Shown piece by piece: positions 11,825 through 25,518 of a stretch of 64,000 nt of DNA. The notes under the pieces are model-generated. The model saw only the letters and a list, made by a program, of their open reading frames with translations, ran no database searches and was not told where the DNA came from. The position numbers and the translations under genes were made by a program. Source of the stretch: Blastocladiella emersonii ATCC 22665 (Eukaryota > Fungi > Blastocladiomycota); assembly GCA_025594325.1 (NCBI GenBank), contig JANHCV010000005.1, positions 806,001 to 870,000 on the forward strand, read 5' to 3'. Each line of letters begins with the position of its first letter. Positions within the stretch are counted from its first letter, which is position 1.

Positions 11825-12934
11825 ATGTCGCAGCCAATGGAATCCTCGTTTACGCTGGACCTGCTTGAGCAAGTTGTGCTCCTCGCGCATCCCAACTGCA
11901 AAGTTGCTGCAGCGTTGTCGGCTTTTACGACCGCTGTGAGGTCCCCGCCCTGCGCTGCTATGTGGATTCGCGGGGCATTCTCTCGCTTCCAGTCGTTCAT
12001 CAACATCACTGCACCCTCTCGCAGCCTCAATGCGTGGGTCGAGTTCATCCATTCGCGATTCTCGCCCACTACCGTGTCGCGAATCGAAGCGAATGTCAGC
12101 AACCATTCGTTCATGCCAGCCGCCCTCAACAGGCTGTACAAGCACTGGGCTCAACTGCGGGGGACCGATATCTGGTTCGTCCTCCCCATCCACTTTATTG
12201 TCAGCGGTGACTATGTAACGTTCTGCAGCACTCTTGACTCGCTCGTCAAGCACGACCCGACCGCAGTTGCATGTCGCGAGACGTTCGTTTCGTGGGCCAA
12301 TCTAACGTACTTTGCCGGCAGCATGCAGCCCTACATGAACGCTCAGGCCGGACTTGACGTTACCTATTTCGAGATTCTCGCCTTCGTGGCCGCCGCATCG
12401 CTCAACCGCGTGACCCTTGACACCTTGCTCAACAACGAACGATATGGCGGGTCCAGGTCAAATGTACGAGATGTGCGTCGACGGCCAGGCCCAGAGGCAC
12501 CTTGCCGAGTCGTGGTCCAACTCGGCTTCGGCTCCTTGGGACCTCGTTGACACACTTGGATGGTTTGAAGCTGAGTGTTACGTCTCGCTCGACCGCGACC
12601 GCTTTCCTACGCTCGCTGGCGCGATGGCGTACAAGGGTGACCATGCGGCACGCTTCATTATGCTTCTCGACTGGCTTGACTTGCACGAGATGAGCTCCGC
12701 GAACAAGAGGTGACGACCAAGAGCCTCACCGACGCCCTGTCCAACTACGCGCGCAGCGGCCAGATCCCACCGATCGAAAAATGCAACCAACTCCGACTTA
12801 TCCACCACACCGCCTGGCCGGATATCCTCAAGGAAGCGTTGCCGAGTGTGATGGACAGCCTCCAGGCGATGCGTGAATGGGCGAACGGATCAAGCTTGAT
12901 TGCTCCAGCAAAGCCAGTGTCCGAGGAAAGTTGA
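11825..12934 (+). pseudogene. Unknown family, copy C (two frameshifts)
   Basis: Homology to copy B runs across three ORFs (11690.., 12417.., 12710..), with frameshifts near 12450 and 12708. Pseudogene or assembly error. Confidence 0.72.
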
Positions 12935-13236
12935 TGGGTGCATGCGCTGCAGCGTTTCGTGCCGTGTCCCTCGCACGCGTATCACAGCCGATATGTCTTT
13001 TGCCCTTGTCGATTTTCAATTTCAAATAGTTGTTGGTTGATCACGACGCGCTCATGTCAGGGAGATTGTGAACAGTAAGCCTCGCTAAGCTTGCCAATTG
13101 AACAGGAGGGTGTGCAGCTTACTGTGAGATTGAGCGTTGACAAACAGTGAAAATGTGAACAGCTTTCACTTAAAATGTTCGTACAGCGCGGAAACTTCAC
13201 TTGCTCTCTCTCTTCGCTGGCATCATCTCCAACATC

Positions 13237-15250
13237 ATGTATCTCCCCCTCGAAATCCTCGAACGCGTCACACAGTTGTCGGCTCCGCGAAGCTTCATCC
13301 CGGCCTCGTCAAGTACCTTCAGGGTCTCCGCCAAAACCACGTCATGCGTCGTCAGCTGGCTCGTACGCGCTTCAATGGAGTCAGCAGCGGCTCGGATCAC
13401 GACCACACCGAGCTCCCGGCGCTATAGCCTCTGTTCATCCTACCTCGGCGGTCCAGCGGCATGGACCACGTTTCTCCACAGTTACTTCATGGTCGATTAC
13501 GTCCGTCGGCACGAGCACCCATTTACGCAGCCCGTCGTTCAGAAGCTGTACCTGATTTGGGCGCGCAATAACACGAAGCGCGCGGCAACGCTCATGTTCC
13601 CCCACAAAATCTCGCCAGAGTACAACAACATCTACTCCACGCCCAAGTTCGTGGTCGCCTTTGGGGACATGGCCATGTACCGCATCACTTTACTGTTGAT
13701 GACCCAGTTGTGTCCCGGAGCGGCTACTGTCGTCTCGGACATCACCACTTGGTCAAAGCTTGGCCAACTCGACGGCCACCACGGCCAAGTTGCGCGGTTT
13801 AACATCGCGCTCAACGTGAGCGCCACGTACTTCGAGTACCACGCTCTCGCCGCGACCATGGCCCTCGATCATGAAACTCTCAAGCTGCTTCTGGGCAACC
13901 CCGCGTTCGGCGTCACTTCTACTCGCGTTTCGGAGCTTACGCAGCATCACATGGCGCAGGAGATGCTCGCCGCGTCTTGGAAGGCAAGCACGCTTGCGCC
14001 GTGGGACTTTTCTGCCTCACTTGCCCACTTGAACTCCGGTTCCGCTGGCTCACCAAACCTTCCGCACCAGCTTACGTACCCGGCAGCAATCAAGTCCAGC
14101 TCGAGTGACGCTGCGCGCTTCCTGACCCTTCTCAACGAGTTTGACACTCCGACGCACTTTATTCCAGCGGCCCGTGATGCTTTCGCGAGAAGCATTGCAC
14201 ATAGCCTGACGGCGTTCGCGCACACCAACCGAATGGCGCCCATCTACCGGTGCCGCAACATGGACTTGATCGAGCTCAACGCGTGGCCGGAGCTGCTGCG
14301 GGAGGGCTTGCCGAATGCGCGGCAGGCGCTCGTTGCGCTCATCAGGATTGGGTTCCGATCAACGAACATCTCTCTATTGCAGAAAAGGGTACGACTCGTC
14401 GCTAGTCACATCCACCGACTACACTGCTGACTGTATCACTCGCAATTCTGTAGCGTTCGACAGAGCGTCCTGCTCCACACAGTCCGATCTGAAATCGCTG
14501 GTGCAAGCCTGCATCGCCCTTGGGCTTCCGCTCAAGTCATTGGTGACGCGCCTTCTATCCTCATCTCCACGGTCGCACATGTTCGTGACCCTCGTGGACT
14601 TGATTGACGACGTGCTGCCGTTCGACACGCTTCTCGAGCGTCTTGCAGAAGCGGTAACCAAGGCGCCGGCAAGTGTCACCCCCGTTGCCGTTGTTCGCAT
14701 CTTGGCGTATCCGCACGGAAAAGGACGCAGCCTGCGCGAATGCCTTGCCTTTTTCGCGGCCGATGGTCGAGAGCTTCAGCGCTCAACGATCTTCGGTAAG
14801 CTCCTGGAGGCGACCGCATCGGACCCGCTCGTGCCAGGTTTCGCGGCTACGACGTTCGCCTTCATGGATGCGTTTGGAGGCCTCCTCAACAAGCGCAACA
14901 GCAAGTTGGCTTCGACGCTTCGTCAAGTCTATTCAGCAAGTTTGCTGGTTGAGATGGATGACGATCAAGGCGAGCTGTCCGATCGCATTCACGCGGCGCT
15001 CAAGACTCTCTTCGTTCGCCTCGTTACGTACGACCCGCACTTCGTGGCGTTGCGCGTGATCCCGTGGACTATGAACGTTCCTGCATGGGTGTGGCGCCTC
15101 TACAACTCGCACACGGAGGCACTAACCTCCAGACTCTCTGTTCCCGGGGCCGAGTACGCGTTGCGCAAGAAGCGGAGCCTCCGTGACGACGTTGGCGCAC
15201 ATGCGATTCTTCGCGCGTACCCCAGGCTCGATGAAACGGAAGAACAGTGA
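13237..15250 (+). CDS. Unknown family, copy D, plus a probable second exon encoding a helical extension (about 14454-15250)
   Basis: MYLPLEILERVTQL F-box-like start and family motifs. Strong donor GTACGA at 14389, branch GCTGAC at 14426, TAG acceptor at 14453; this splice is out of frame (see findings). Confidence 0.65.
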
Positions 15251-16171
15251 TTCCTCGACGAATTCGATAAAAAATGGTTTTCGAGCATCGATCCTCTTCG
15301 CTAAAGCTGCTCAACGAAAAGGGAGCCTCACCGATCGACGCGCTGCGCCACATCACATGTTCAGTGGCGCAGCGCGGAAGTCGCTTCGCATGGCTGGACT
15401 TGCTCTTTTGTGGGGACGCCGGTCCCGGCACCCAACTATCGAGGCCAAGTCCGTCGGGCCGTTTCAGACGATCCTCAAGCCCGTCGTTCGGCCAAGGCCG
15501 CCCTTAACGAGGAGCGCTGCAGGTGAGCGGTCCCGCCTCGTCTTGCTCGAGCACGGCGATAGAAGTCACACGCGCTTCGAGTTTCTTGCGGCAGAAAACC
15601 ACACGAAAGTGTGTTTGGTCGACTGTTGCGTGTTGGTCGAGATGGTGTTGCGCAGCTCGCGAGAAGCGAGCTCAAAGTTCTTGGTCAGACCGCGTCTTGC
15701 CGCAGTATACGGCCTCGGCCATGGGACATCCACGCGGCCGGCTGGCGTAGAACATCGCAGCGCAGCGCAGCGCGCACGCTCCTCGTATCCACGGACAAGC
15801 ATGGAGCATCACTCCATGGCGCGGTGCGAGAGCTCGTGGTCCGACCGCACGCCCTGACGAGGATGTCCCATGAACGGGAAGAACACGGCGCCGCTAGAGT
15901 GGCTAGACTCACACTGATCCGGGTTCGACGAGAGGCCGCGTCAGAAGAAGGACCGAAGCGAGCGTTCGTTCAGGTCTGCCCGGGCTTCGCGGAGGAGGCT
16001 CAGGGCACGTAGTGACGTCACGCCAGTGTTACGTGGGCTCTATTTGCGTCACTTGCGCGAGTGCGGGGAGAGAGAGAGGAGGGATCGCGACGGCGCCGAG
16101 AATAGCGCCACAAGGCCGGCGGAGAGAGACGGGAGACGCGTCGCGGTGTGGCGCGTGTGGCGTGCGCGTCA

Positions 16172-16221
16172 CGTTCCGCCGACCCGCCGCGCGTTCCGCC
16201 GACCCGCCGCGCGTTCCGCCG
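16172..16221 (+). repeat. 20-bp tandem repeat x2.5 (CGTTCCGCCGACCCGCCGCG) upstream of the GATA gene
   Basis: Seen directly in the sequence. Confidence 0.85.
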
Positions 16222-17088
16222 CCGTTCGCTCGTGGCGCGCCGCCCCGATGCCGGAGCGACCTCGACCGCCCCTCTCCTCCTCTCCGCCGAGGCCCCGCAC
16301 TCCCTGCATCGCGCCGACGGACCCGTCTCCCACGCCGTGCCCCTGCCACGACGCGAGCGAGCGCCGCATCGCCGACCCGCCGCCGCCGCGCGCCGCCCTC
16401 CCCCGCGTCCCCGATCGCGCCATCGCGTCGCCGGACCGAGAACGGCCGCGCCTCCTCGCGCGCCTTGTGACTGCGATCGCCGCGAACTGCGCCACGCCGT
16501 GTCTCGCCGGCCGCGCCCGCTGCCCGCTGCCCACGTCGCATCTCCCCGCGTCCTGCACCACTCGCACGCAGCGACAACCACGGCCCGGTCCATCGTTCGC
16601 TGTCCCTGCGAGATTTCGGCATTTCCCGGCTTCACCTGCTGCTACCCGCTGTGCCTTCCGACGCGGACGCGTCAAGGGAAAGCGTTTGCCCGAGCCGCCC
16701 CGGTCCCCACCAACGCCGACCCGTCCTACGCTTCGCGCGTCACGTCGCGTCGCCATCCTCACCGTGGCCCGTGCTGCTTGCTCCGCCGCCGCCGCGTCCC
16801 CAGGTCGCGCTCTTGCCGCCCACCCTCGAGTTCGGCCGAGCGGCCCGTCCCGCTGCCGTTCGATTTCGCCGTGTCGTTCCGAGCTGTCGGCCGGTGACTC
16901 GCCCTTCACCTCCGCTGCTCTGACATCCGTCCCGACTCGCTCTCCCTCTTCCGTTCCTTCTGCTCCGTTGTTTTCCGTCCTGGGGCCGACTTATACCCTC
17001 CCTCCACCCGCCCCTCATCGGCTCTCCTCCCCGCCGACCCACCGACCCACCCACTCGACGCGCCGCGCCACCACCACCCGCCGTCACC

Positions 17089-19319
17089 ATGGCGTTTCCC
17101 TTCTTCTTCGGCAGCCGCAACGACCGTAAGAAGCCCACCGGCAATGCCGCCCAGCCCGCCCCCGCGGCGCCCGGCGCGCCCGCCGCCCCCGAGTACTACG
17201 CCGAGCCGCTGACGCTGCCCGGGATCGTCATGCCCGGCACTGCGCAGCAGCCGTCGCACCAGCAGCAGCAGCAGCTCCCGCCGCCCGTGGGCAACGGCCA
17301 CGCGCGGTTCCCGTCCTCGTCGTCGGGCCTGCACGGCCAGCCGCCCCAGCAGCAGCAGCCGCTCTACGCCCAGGACTATTCCATCACGGGCGTCCCGCTG
17401 CACCACACGCACCAGCAGCAACAGCAGCAACACGTCTACCACCATCAGCAGCAGCAGCAGCAGCAGCACCAGTTCCCGCCACCCTCCGCGTCGCCCGGCA
17501 CCTCGCTCGGCTTCTCGGGCTACTCGCACCCGTACCAGCAGCAGCCACCGTCGCAGCAGCAGTCGCAGTACACGTACGGCGGCGGTAACAACAACAACAG
17601 CAGCGCGTCAACGTCGGGCTACTCGACGTCCAACACCACCCCGAACGCCTACCCGATCCCCGGGCCCTACAACAACAACGCGGGCTCGACCGTCCCGACC
17701 ACGCCCGTCGAGAGCTCGTACGGCGGCGGCCTCTCGGGCTCGTACCACGCGCCCACCACCCCGACCACGCCCGGCAGCCTCAGCACCGCCCTAGGCAACA
17801 GCCTCCACGTCTCGGCCAACCCGAACGCGCAGCCGGCGCCCGGCGTCGCGGCATCCGACGCACACAGCGTCCGGTCCCGCGCGTCCGATACCTGGAGCGT
17901 CCGCTCGCGCCGCAGCAGTCTCGCAGCGTCGATTGGCGGGATTGACGACATCACCGAGGACACGATTGACGAGGTGCGCGCGCGCTCTCGCTGCGCTGGC
18001 ATCGCGCGGCTCGCGGTTCGCTCACTGCCCTCGCTCGCCTCGTGTAGATCATCAACGCGGCCAACGAGATCGCGCAGATCGCCGCCTCGTGCAAACCCTC
18101 GTCGCCCGCGTTTGTCCAGCTGCAGCAGCAGCGCCAGGCGTCCGCCGCCTCCGCTGCGGGTGGCCCGTCGTCGTCGCTGCCCGATGGCTCAGCAACACCG
18201 GGCGGCGGCGGTCCGCCACCCACCTCGGTCGCCGACCTCATCACCACGCCCACCGGGTCCAAACTCGTCGTCCAGATGACGCGCCTCACCATGGACCTGT
18301 TCGCCACGGTCCGCCGCGTCCGCGAGGAGGTCAGCATCGCGTGCCACTGGGACGACGACAGCACCGAGCTCGACGAGATGGAGGAGATCCGGCGTCGGCG
18401 GTACCTCGGGTCCGCGTCCGCGTCGGCCGCGCGCAAGGCGGGGGTACGTTTATGCTGTTGCTGCTGATCGTGTGGGAGTTCCGGTGGCTGACACTGCATC
18501 CGTGTGTAGACGAAGCCTCGGTCCGGAAAGGGTGCCGCGCGGCCCGACCAAAAGTGTACCAGCTGTGGGACCTCGTCGACGCCCGAGTGGCGGCGCGGGC
18601 CCGAAGGTCGCGGGACCCTGTGCAACGTACGCTATTAATTGATCGAATTCCGCGATCGAGACCCATCAACTGACCTCTCGCTCTCATGTCTAGGCGTGTG
18701 GTTTGCACTACTCGAAAATGCAAAAGGCCAAGAAGAAGGCCGCCGCTACGACGCCCACAGGCGGCACCACGAGCGAGCCCATGGCGACCGACACCGCCGC
18801 CGCCGCTCCAACGGCACCGCCACGCCCTTCCTCGACCTCCAACTCCGTCAACGGCCCCGCGCCTACGACTGCTCAGGCACTCGCACTGGCACCGGCACCG
18901 GGTCCCGCGCCAGGAACCGAGCAGTACGCGCAGGCCCCGCCGCCGCCACCACCACCCGCAGCGCACGGCCACAACGACCAGCAGCCGCAGCACTACCAGC
19001 AACCGTACTATCAGCCGCCGCCGCCGCCGCAGCAGCAGCAGCCGTACCACCCGCTCCAGCACCCAGCGCACGACGGGACCGCGGCCGGGATCTCGACCGC
19101 GGCCGCGTCGACGGCCTCCTTCTCGTCGTCGGGGCCCGGGTTCGTCGTCATGCCCTCGGGGGTCCCGCAGCAGCACCAGCACTCACACCCGCAGCACCAT
19201 CAGCAGCAACAGCAGCCGCACCAGCTCCCGCCCGTCTCGGCTGTCCTGTCGATCCCCACATCCGAACCCATGGGAGGCGGCGGGAACCAGCAACAGCAGC
19301 AGCAGCACCAGTACTTCAT

Positions 19320-19357
<38 letters not shown>

Positions 19358-19467
19358 CGCACTACAGTACCGCCTCGATGATGATCCCGGCCAACTCGTC
19401 GCCACATCAGGGATACCTCGGCCAGTACCACAATAGCGGAGGCGGTGGGAGTGGTGGGCATGGATGA
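17089..19467 (+). CDS. GATA-type zinc-finger transcription factor (C-X2-C-X18-C-X2-C) with polyQ regions, multi-exon
   Basis: [24 protein letters not shown][14 protein letters not shown]; Q/P/H-rich flanks; introns with GT..AG. Confidence 0.9.
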
Positions 19468-20069
19468 CGCGTGCCAGTACCTGGCATATTGCATGAACGA
19501 AAGAAGAAATACACACACATGCACTCTCACATCGGATGGATCGAGTCGGTGAGCTCGTCGCGCAGGCACGACCCGGCTGCGCGGAAAGCTCACACGGCTG
19601 TCTCGCACGAGACAGCTGCGCGAGACATCACATGATCGCGTTGCGCCACTCGGAGGCTCACCGCGAGTCCCACATACAAAGTTGCGTACACCCAGCATGT
19701 CCGAGCGTGCGGCTGCCAAATCGAGACCGCTAGCACGCACGGGTACTGCACAGCTCATTCGAGTGCTGCCTCGCGCTGCCCCCCGCGGTCCCGACTTCCG
19801 CGTTCCCAACACCATGACGACGACATTTAATGATTCGCGAGTCTAGGACTGAGAAAAATCCAGTTTCGTAGACGCCACCAACTTGAGTGGCACAACGCGT
19901 CCCCGCGCGCGCCGATCGCTCATCCGCCGCATCCTGTGCTCGGTCATCGCGGCACGGGACGCGAAAGCTCACACGCTTGGCGGCGGCGGCGGCTCCATCC
20001 CGCTCGAGCTCACCGAAGCCGCTTCTCGCAAAGGAAGTCACCGACTCTTGCTGCGAAACCTTCCGACAC

Positions 20070-20373
20070 CATGAAACGCTCGACCAAATCCCCGCTGGCC
20101 ATGACCGCGATCGCCGTCGGCACGGTGCTCGCCTTGTCGTTGCTCGTGGTCGTCGGAGCCATCGCTGGGAGCGGCAGCCGGGCCCTCGTTGTGCTCTCCA
20201 AGTTACCGAGTGCTGTGGCCTACGCCATCTACCTGTACTTGGTCGTCTACAACATTGACAACCTTGCGACAATGTGGCGAGTCGCTGCTGCCCCGTTTCT
20301 CACCGTTCATCAGGCTCAACCTGTACGCTACGCCATCCTCGGAGCACGGTGGCATGATGGAGCAGGAGCCTGA
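20070..20373 (+). other. Small hydrophobic ORF (about 100 aa, two TM-like segments), function unknown; possibly part of a decayed gene
   Basis: AIAVGTVLALSLLVVVGAIAG and AVAYAIYLYLVVY hydrophobic stretches; no recognisable family. Confidence 0.35.
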
Positions 20374-20799
20374 CCATCGATCGCATCGCGAACGTAGCGC
20401 GCCGTCCCCGCCGCGCGCGCTCCCGCCGTGGCCGCGCCGAACGCTGACCGTGCGTGAGCAGCTCAACGTGTCGATGGTGCTCCCGCGCCTCGCGATCTGT
20501 GTTCTTTCACGCTGCCCCCGCGTATTACATGGCCGTGAGTTCGCATCACGCTCGCGGACCGTGAATTCGCAGTACCACTCATGCCCCACTGTGCAGCCCC
20601 TCCAAAAACACTCTCCTCACCCTACGATCTCGGACTTTCCGCTGCGTTCGCGAGAGCGAGAGAGTATCCCTACCCGACGCCGTGTTCCGGGCGAGGCGAC
20701 TAAGGCCAGCGGCCATCGCCGTCCGTGAGATGCAACGGATTTGCCCGCGATCATCGTCACGAAAGCTTGCTCGATGAGCTCGGCGGGTGAGCACCCGTA

Positions 20800-21438
20800 G
20801 TGCTCGTGACTTCGATTTTGGACAACGTGAATCCGACCATGGTCATGATCGAGAACGAGGACGCTGCGCTGTTCGGTGCGAGGCGCCCAGCGACTACGAC
20901 TACTTCAACGTTCCGTGTGGCCGATGCTTTGCGAAGGAATTCCCTTGGTTTGACCGAATCACGAGTGAGTGATCAGAGGACGCCGCGTGTATTCGGTGGA
21001 GCTGTTCGTCATCTTGCTGTGGTGCCCTTCTCCCTCCGACTCATTGAATACGCAGCTCGAGAAAGAGTTCGGGAAGATACCGTACCTCATCCTTCAGATA
21101 TGCGTTAGCCTTCTGTTCCCCACAATCTCCCTGCGGCCACCATGTACATCGCTACCCTCCCTGAAAGACCCGCCGCATCCGGCGACGTTACTGCGCCACC
21201 CGTACGTGGACTGATCCGAGATGAAAGCAAAGAGTTTCCTTAGACTGACCACCGGCTGATGCGTGCTCCCGCCATTCAGGTGCCCGGGCTCGCTCCGCCG
21301 CGCGCGAACAACGCGCAACCAGGCGTGGCCATGGACGAGGACGTTGTGCCGTTCGCGTTCGAGGACGAGGATTTTGCGCTGAGCTACGAGGACGACAACG
21401 GCGACCTGCCGCTGCTGGCCGACGACGAACCCATGTAG
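20800..21438 (+). pseudogene. Small orphan gene, paralog 1 (in-frame TAG at 21106-21108; intron 21202-21279)
   Basis: Aligns with 21686..22155, including a phase-0 intron and an acidic last exon (VPGL...FEDEDFALSYEDDNG). Confidence 0.6.
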
Positions 21439-21685
21439 TCGTGGCTCTCGCTGTAACCAGTCCTTTGCTATAAAGTCGTTCTGCTACAACCGAACTGCAG
21501 TTTGATCACCGTTGAAGTGGCTGTTCGCGGGCGTGGAGAGTGCAACGATAAGCGCGTTGAGCCACAGTCCCATCCATGACTTGCGTCAAACTCCTCGAAC
21601 TCTCTTTCCCCCCATCTGACCTCGTCCCGCTGAATCCCTTGCTCACTGATCCAGGCCGAGCTGACGCCCAAGTTCCCACACTCCC

Positions 21686-22155
21686 ATGTTCATCAAGCGC
21701 AGTGCCGAGCTCATCGCAGTAGTCCCGTTGTACGCGGCGCTCGGTGTTTCCGTCGGCGCCAGCACCGCAGCGTGGATGTGGCGCCTTGAGCAACCAGCGA
21801 CGGCGGGGGAGGAACTCACGCTCGCGAGGCTTCGAAACCATTCCGTCCAACCCCCCCCCCCCCTCGTGCTCGCGCAAGCAGTGATCACAATTCACCTGGC
21901 TTCCCATTTCAAACGTCGCGCCGCGTCTCTGCACTCGACTGGTCCGCCCGTACTGGTACGCTCAGTGTCGTGTGCCGGATGTACTCGTGCTGATCTAACG
22001 TCCTCCGCTATGTGTAGGTACCCGGAACCGCGGTCCTCGCCGCGCCGGTCGCGAACACCGCGCAACCGGCCGTCGGCGTGGTCGCGGACGCGCAAGCCGC
22101 GCCGCCGTTCGAGGACGAGGGAATCGCGTTGAGCGACGACGACGGCAACATGTAA
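21686..22155 (+). CDS. Small orphan gene, paralog 2 (intron 21956-22017)
   Basis: GTACGC donor, CTAAC branch, TGTAG acceptor; spliced exon 2 reads VPGTAVLAAP...FEDEGIALSDDDGNM*. Confidence 0.65.
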
Positions 22156-22654
22156 CCATTGCGATCACTCTTGTTACCGACGCTGCGTGGTAAACATATT
22201 TTTCTGGTAGCAGCTTCTGCCGGCGCGAAGCCGAGTTAAGGGAACATGAGTGTCTCGCGCGTCACGCGCTGCGCCACATCGCGAGACATGAGACGCGCGC
22301 TCGCCCCGACCGACGCCACACCTCCATCCCTCCTCCACTCGAGCCCAACCATGGAATAAGTACAGGTAAAACGTGGTATTGTGAACACACGCCGCGAAGA
22401 ACGGATCAAATCGCATCGAGAGGAACGGGTGAGGCAAGTGAAGAGGGGTAAACGGATGACAGAGTGCGGGGGAGGGCGAGCAGAGGCAGAGACTTGGCAA
22501 ACTTGACAACGATCTTGTGCACTAGAGCAATATGATACAAACAAAAAAAGGGGGGACGTGAGTCCACGCGCGTTCTCACGACGACGAGAGGAGAGAGCGA
22601 GGAAGACGAGACGAGCACCAAAAGAGAACACGCGGGCGGGGCGCGCTTGCTGTA

Positions 22655-25518
22655 TTACAGGTCGGGATCCGAGATGGGCACACCGGGGTGGGCGACCGCG
22701 GCCGCGGCCGTCGTCGTCGCCGCGGCCGCGCTGGCGGGCGGCGACTCGGGCGCGTCGACGAACGGCGCGTGCTGGAACTCGGCCTCCCACCCGGGCAGCC
22801 CGGTGCCGGGGAGCGACTTGTTCTCGCCCGAGTTGGTGAGGAAGCTAAACTTGGACGGCGACGGCGGAATTGAGTCGCTGTCATTCGAGTACTGGTTCGA
22901 GTGCGCGTCCGTCGACGTGCGGAACGGGCTGGATCCCATGAGCGCGGCGCTGGCCCAGTCGAGGTCGCCGCCGCCGGCGCCGGTGCCGAACCCACCACGC
23001 TCGTCGTCGTCGTCCTCGTCGTCGTCAATGGCGACGCCGAACCGGTCGGGGAGGTCGCCCGAGATTTGCTGGCACAGGTACCGGGCAAACTGGTCGGTGG
23101 AGATCCCGCCGGCGACCTCGAGGGCGGCGTCGTCCTGGTCGTCGTCGAGGCCGTACGACGGCGGCGGCGGGTTGGCGAAGGCGCCGGCGGCGTTGGCGTT
23201 GGGCCGCTGCCCGCCGAGCGGCTTGCTCTCGCGTTCGCGCGTCTCGCGGAGCGTGCGGGATGCGTACTCTTGCCAGTCCTCGGACGCGATCTGGTCCTTG
23301 AGGTCGTTGCACGCGTTCTCGTCGCGCTCGAGGAACCCGGCAATCACCTCGGCGATCAGCGTGATGTGGCCCATGTACCCGAGCCGGATCCCCTTGGGCT
23401 GCTCCGACTCGTAGTCGGACGTGCGCTGCGCCCGCGGGATCCGCCGCAGGAGCTGCCCGTCGCGCAGCATGCACATGGCCAGCGGGTAGCTGCGCTCGGG
23501 CAGCCCGTTGACGACCTGCAGCACCATGTCGTACACGATCCCGTGCAGCAGGTTGTTCCACGGGAAGAAGAAGAACAGGTCCAGGCACGTCACCAGGATC
23601 TTGCTCTCGACAAACGCCGATCGCAGCGCCGCCTGCAGCTCCGGACCGTACTGCTTGTTGAGCCACGCCTTGCGCTCGGCCGCCGGCGCACGCGTCGCGC
23701 TGCCGCTGCCGCCCGTCGTCGACCGCGACGACGTGGACGCCGCGACGCCCGCCTGCACCACCTCGTTGAACGAGACGCCGCCCGTACTCGGCGGCGCTGG
23801 CGCGGACTCGCCGGCAGCCGGGAGCGCGTCGGCGAGGTCGCTCTTGAGGCTCTCGAGGGCGGGCGGCTGCGAGATGGACGGCGGCTGGGAGATGGAGCGG
23901 GGCGGCGGGGGCGCTGTATCGACGGCGGGCTCGCCGAGGGCGGGCGGGGGCGAGGGCGTGCTGTTAGGTCCCGAGAGGTGTGCGCCGGGGAGAGGCGAGG
24001 CGGGGAGCGGGGCAGCCATCATGCTGGCGGTCTCGGACTCGCGGATACGCTTGAGCTCGTTGTCGACGTCGCACGGGTCCATGATGGCCTCCTCGATGGC
24101 GCAGCGGAGGAGCTCGGCGAGGAGCTCGCAGAGGCGGAGGCGGGCCTGGCCGAGCGGGAGGCGGCGCGGGATGCCCGGGATGTTCTGCGGGACGGGCAGG
24201 TCGCGCGTCCCAAACCCGTTGTTGAGGAGGACGGCCTGGAAGTCGGGGATGTGCAGGCACAGCTCGCGGATCATGGCGCACAGGTTCATGGGGATGCGGC
24301 GGTCGACGGGCGGCGGGTTGTTGGGGTCGACGGGCTCGCCGTTGAGCAGCATGGCCTGCTGCTGCTGCTGCTGGTTGGCCTGCTGGAACATGACCGACAT
24401 GTCGGCCGAGTTGCGTCGGATCAGCTCGACGAAGATGGCGACGCCGTTGACGAGCGAGGACGCGGCGTTGGGCGCCACGGGGTCGAGCATGTACCCGACG
24501 AGGGTGCCGACGATGCGCTCCGTCTTGAGGTCCGAGACGAGCGGGTTGTCGTCCATGCGGTCGCCCTCGGACGCAATGGCCTGGATCATGGCGATCATGT
24601 CGAGCAGCGCGGCCGACGCCGTGACGTGGGTGTCGGGCGAGTGGGTCGGGTCGAGGTACATGACGAGCATGTCGATGAGCCCCTCGTCGCGCAGCCAGCG
24701 GATCGACCCCTCGAGCTTGCCCTGCGGCAGCTCCTCGATGCCCACGAGCTTGAGCAGCAGGTCCATGATGTTGGCGTTCTCCATGGCGTGCGTCACGACC
24801 CGCCGGATGAAACCCGCGTCGCGCTTGAACAGCTGCAGCGTCGCCTGCGTCTTGCGGATCAGCAGGTTGGACGCGATCTTGGACCAGAAGGCCGCCTGCC
24901 CCGCGTCCGTCGGCACGGGCAGGTGCAGGAACGACAGCAGGTCGTCGACGGCGCCCGGCGCCGCCAGGAACGCGTCGAGCAGCTCGATGCAGTCGGTCGA
25001 GAAGATCTCCGAGACGAGGTACGGGTAGCTACGCGTGGACGTGTGTGCGTGTCAGTGCTGAGTCGTGAACGGTGCGAGCCAGGAGTACGCGTACCGAACT
25101 TTGAGCTTCTCCTGGCGCTCGGCGAGCTCGGCGAGGGTCGGCGACGAGGCCTCCTGCGGCGAGCCCGTCTCGCCCGTAGCAGCAGCCGTACTCGGCGCAG
25201 CAGCATCGCCGGCAGCGGGAGCAGCCGTCGCGGCAGCGGCCGGGTCGGGGATGGCGGGCACGAGGTGCAGCTTGGTCACGTAGGCGAGGAGCTCCTTGAC
25301 GATGGCGGGGCGCGACAGGCTGCGAGGCAGAGTGTGAGATCAAGTTGCTACTGCGACAAGACGAGGCAGAGCACGTACTACTCGATGAGCTTGGGGTTGC
25401 GCGACTTGCACTCCTGCAGCAGGTCGGCCTGGTCGAGCACCTCCTCGAGCGCAATCGGCTCCTTGGCGAGGATGGCGTCAAAGTTGGACGCCGCCTGCAT
25501 GCCAAACTTCCAGAACAT
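22655..25518 (-). CDS. SIT4 phosphatase-associated protein (SAPS/PP6 regulatory subunit)
   Basis: MFWKFG start, LEEVLDQADLLQECKSRNPKLIEY, RYPYLVSEI, FFFFPWNNLLHGIVYD, RLGYMGHITLIA, acidic C-terminus. Confidence 0.93.

Noticed and set aside
15260-16020. Gene in the minus-strand ORF fragments after copy D
   Set aside because: Only short, stop-interrupted frames with no recognisable motif; not enough support.
16026-17088. Several 200-370 aa ORFs upstream of the GATA gene
   Set aside because: R/P/A-rich translations of a CpG-rich promoter or leader region with no coding signature.
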